Of a DNA stretch of 34,894 nucleotides, positions 32,806-34,894 are shown piece by piece. This DNA is from Octopus bimaculoides (lineage: Eukaryota): the NCBI RefSeq assembly GCF_001194135.2, contig NC_068989.1, forward strand, positions 75,038,188 through 75,073,081, read 5' to 3'. The notes below the pieces were generated by a model. It saw nothing but the letters and a program-made list of their open reading frames with translations, searched no databases and had not been told where the DNA came from. Numbering within the stretch: position 1 is the stretch's first letter; each line of letters starts with the position of its first letter. Both the position numbers and the translations under genes were made by a program.

Positions 32806-34894
32806 ATGTAGGTATAAGCAATTGTCTCCTTGATATGGTATGTGATAGTTGTGTTAGTCATGCAAGCAGCATGCATTTCCAAACTTCCATGAAAACGTAT
32901 GTGTATACACACACACACACACACACACACACAGAGGGAGAGTGTTTATTAGTCAATCATTTGATTAAAAATATTTAGCCCAAAAAGGCCTCCCTTCGTC
33001 AGTATTCTGTGATTTATTCCAGCATTTGCTAACAGAGAACATCGTTAGTTACCCTGGATTCTGCTTTATCATCATAATCATCCATATGCTGTGCTAAAGA
33101 CATTCCACAACCACTTCATTTATAAAAGTGGAAATCACTTCACATGCAAGATGCTGGGATAGAGCAAACTGCATATACACAATTGAATTTAGTTTCCTTT
33201 TTCTTAACCAAAATTTTTGTTCAAGCCATAGGACATGATTTAGTTACTATTTCTAGTAGTTGGGTCACAGGATCATCAAGGCAAAGACAAACCCTAGTCT
33301 TTAATAAAAAAAAATTTTTTTTTTAAATAAAAAAATTTGAAGCTCAGATATAGTAATCTTCAGAACAAAATAAGCTGAGATATGTATAGTTAAGCACTTT
33401 ATCTCACCTCCAATTGAATACAAATAGCAAGTTTGTCATGAATGATGCATTTAAGCACATGTTCAGACTTCAACAAGAATGCCAGTCATTTAAGAGGAAT
33501 CACAATTACATATTTGTTTATGAACATCAATGAAGAAATGAAATAAAAACTCAAAGGCTGATCAATATTTTTTATTATTTTTCATTAAGTACAACCACAT
33601 GTTCATTATCACTTAAATGAACTATGATGTAAATGGTGGTCGGTAAACCAGCAGTGATATCACATGCCCTAACAGACCAGCTTAATACATCACAGCATGT
33701 TAATTGCAGCCAGACTTTGCTGATAGTATTTTCAATGATATTCAAAATTTACATGCCGTCCTATATAAAAATGATCTCACGTTCCCAAATTTTAAAAAAA
33801 AATTTAAAAAAAAAACGAAAAGTCTTACAGTAAAAAAAAAAAAAAAAAAAAAAATCATGGTTGCTCATTTTTATAAAAAAATTACAATCTCGCAATAATC
33901 AAAAAAAAATTAAACATGTGTTGATATCACATGAAGTTGAAAAAATAAATACAGAGTACTGCAAAAATGGAAATAAATAAATGTGTGAATGAATCCCATT
34001 CCTTTAGTGCAGAGAATCCCTGATTCTCGAGATCTGGACTGCAAGAAATAACAGCTGCCCTACAAAAATCAGGGGGCAGTATGACTAGCTTGTCCTTAAC
34101 ATTAGTGGGCTTTAAAAAAAAAAGGAAATTGAAAATAAATCACTGGGTTTTTGTCCTGAAAGGACAGGGACAAAATATTTATGGGGAAATGGGGCAATAT
34201 ATTTAGGGGGAAGGGAAAATTCAAGTCTGGGGAAAGGGGGCAAAGCGTATATATACTTCATATATACATTTATATATACATATATCAAATACCTACCCAC
34301 TGTAACTATTGTTTACCGACCATCTTAAAAAAGGCCCACTTGTGCGAGATGCACTTTCAAAGCTACTAAATTTTATTTGTTGATTTACTATTCGTTCAAA
34401 CAGCATTTTTAATAGAGTTTCTTTTTTTTTCTTTTTTAAATAATCTTCATTATATTTAAATGCTATTGTAATAATTTCAGCACTTTACATATAAAATTTT
34501 TTTTTCTTCATATTTACATAAGTCCAAAGAAGGCATAAATCGCTTTTACTGTCTCTGGTCTGATAATGATACATGAAAAAAAAAAAGTGAAAAATGGAAA
34601 ATGCTTTGTTTTCTGTAGCACTCATGTATTTGGAAGTCAATGAATTTTTTTTCTTTTTTTTTTTTCTCTTTTTCAGAATATATCTTTCACTCCTTTTGTA
34701 GTGATAGTAGAACTAAATGAAAGACACAGTATTTGAACAATGTAAAAAAGATTATTTTTGTTTTGAATGGAAAAAATAACACCACCATAACACTCATTCT
34801 GATCTTAAGCAACACAGTCAACTTAACTCTCACACACCGCAGACAAGTGGACCATGATTATTTAAACTTATTGGTAACTTGTAAATGTCCCTCA

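Overview
Eukaryotic, AT-rich, gapped genomic DNA (six N-runs). The repeat families point to an octopus/cephalopod assembly (inference). The window is almost entirely one + strand gene, an ANKAR (ankyrin and armadillo repeat-containing protein) orthologue. I traced 17 coding exons by hand from 133 to the stop at 31817 (3,496 coding nt) with GT-AG boundaries and compatible phases at every junction but one. That phase break (2231 to 4503) implies one more exon, probably inside an N gap. The N-terminal exons lie upstream of the window. The introns hold three tRNA-headed SINE families (here called A, B, C; several with clear target-site duplications), decayed hAT-, maT- and mariner-type DNA transposons, LINE scraps and microsatellites. 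There is no CRISPR array, real tRNA/rRNA or prokaryotic system, and most ORF-track entries are gap or microsatellite artefacts. I cannot claim a new biological system. The best leads are RNA-level and unproven: a palindrome-encased in-frame 21-nt microexon candidate, a tandem donor giving an alternative C-terminus, and many intronic inverted repeats that could form dsRNA for A-to-I editing or back-splicing. Human ANKAR comparisons are from memory, not from a search.
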